This document shows positions 48,104 to 49,474 of a stretch of DNA of 49,474 nucleotides, piece by piece. The notes under the pieces were generated by a model. That model did no database searches. It was not told the DNA's origin and worked only from the letters and a program-made list of their open reading frames with translations. Source of the stretch: Octopus bimaculoides (taxonomy: Eukaryota); contig NC_069003.1 in NCBI RefSeq assembly GCF_001194135.2, positions 4,375,739 through 4,425,212 of the forward strand, read 5' to 3'. How positions within the stretch are numbered: position 1 is the first letter of the stretch; every line of letters starts with the position of its first letter. The translations under genes and the position numbers were made by a program.

Positions 48104-49201
48104 GGAAATAATGAATAATTCAAATGAACAGACTCCCACACAACAACACGACACAGAAATGCAATCTCCACTCTCAACGCTGAACAGTGACTAACTACAA
48201 AAATCATTTATATATGCAACCACCCTCACATCTAAAATTAACCAAAACCGCATTGATTATATAGGAATATCTGATGATCAATTAAAAGCTGACTATATCT
48301 GCATAGCGAAACATTTAGAACATTGGAAGGAAGACACAGCATTTGCAAAAAAAAAAAAGAGTATATTGTTTTTTGGTTCTTTTTCTTTTTCTCAAATAAC
48401 CTTATACTCCACGTTATAAAATAGTGACTCTTAGATCATGCATTAATTCGTGTACACCAAAATGCTTTCTGAGTCCTTTGCACACACGAAAGTCAATTAA
48501 TCCTGGAACACTAAAACCAACAAATTGAATCACCGCAGGGAATTAATTTCTTCATGCATTCACAGGCGTAATATCTTCTTAAGTGCCATAATGAAATAGC
48601 TTCTTCAATAACATGAAATCCAAACGAAACGTATTTTTCTCTTCCCTCTTCAAATAATACCTGCCGTTTTAATTAGTAATAATCAGCAAATAACACAGTA
48701 AGTAATACAGCAAACTCCAGACATTTCCTCAAATAAGTCAAACCACTGTAATTCGGTCAATGCGATCTTTTTTTTTTCTCCTAAAATAGTTCGCTATCAA
48801 AACCCCACAAAGGAATACAATTTCCTTTTCTCTTCATGCGTTTCAATAGACACATGAACACACATACACCTACGCTAAGCAGTTTCTACGAAGACACAGA
48901 AACAGAAAAAAACTCCGTGATGCATTAACTAACATTGACACACGTCATACAAAATAGGATACACGCATTTATGATACGTAACAGTCTGCTTGCTGTATTT
49001 TTTTAAGAATGAAGGCAAACTGTTAGTTTTGATCCCGCAATACTTAATTAGTAATGCTAAGGGAAAACTAACAGTTGTGATTCTTAGACAACATATTTAG
49101 GTAATAATTATAAACTGCATTGTGTACTACAGCTAATTAGGTTCCCTTTCTACTTAATATATTTCTTTACTATATACGTATAGCTTTATATGTGTGTATG
49201 T

Positions 49202-49419
49202 AGGCGGGGGGAGCTGGCAGAAACGTTAGCACGCCGAGGGAGATGCTTAGCAGTATTTCGTCTGCCGTTAGGTTCTGAGTTCAAATTCCGCCGAAGTCGA
49301 CTTTGTCTTTTATCCTTTCGGGGTCGATTAAATAAGTACCAGTTAAGCACTGGGGTCGATGTAATCGACTTAATCTGTTTGTCCCCTCTGTGTTTAGCCC
49401 CCTGTGGGCAATAAAGACA
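49202..49419 (+). mobile_element. SINE family A, full length, alternative 3' tail
   Basis: Family A head and body, then GTTTGTCCCCTCTGTGTTTAGCCCCCTGTGGGCAATAAAG. Confidence 0.92.
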
Positions 49420-49437
49420 TATTTATATGTGTGTATG

Positions 49438-49474
<37 letters not shown>

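Overview
Eukaryotic, repeat-dominated, apparently intronic or intergenic DNA. It is most likely from a coleoid cephalopod (Octopus): this is inferred from recalled octopus tRNA-SINE families and extreme microsatellite load, and was not database-checked. No intact protein-coding gene is supportable, and almost all ORFs in the supplied track are microsatellite or N-gap artefacts. The window contains >30 copies or fragments of three tRNA-derived SINE families and three decayed R4/Dong-clade non-LTR retrotransposon fragments. It also has two RTE-type LINE 3' ends, each with three degenerate C2H2 zinc fingers, plus a mariner end, a Tc1/mariner MITE with an internal duplication, a 212-bp near-perfect foldback, a 25-bp minisatellite and 11 assembly gaps. 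The most notable observation is five minimal type-I hammerhead-ribozyme-like motifs from three different repeat families (7441-7484, 11187-11232, 19261-19296, and an inverted pair at 29856-29941). All have variant or damaged cores, and one sits at the 3' end of a tRNA-headed SINE-like element. All alignments and folds were done by eye.
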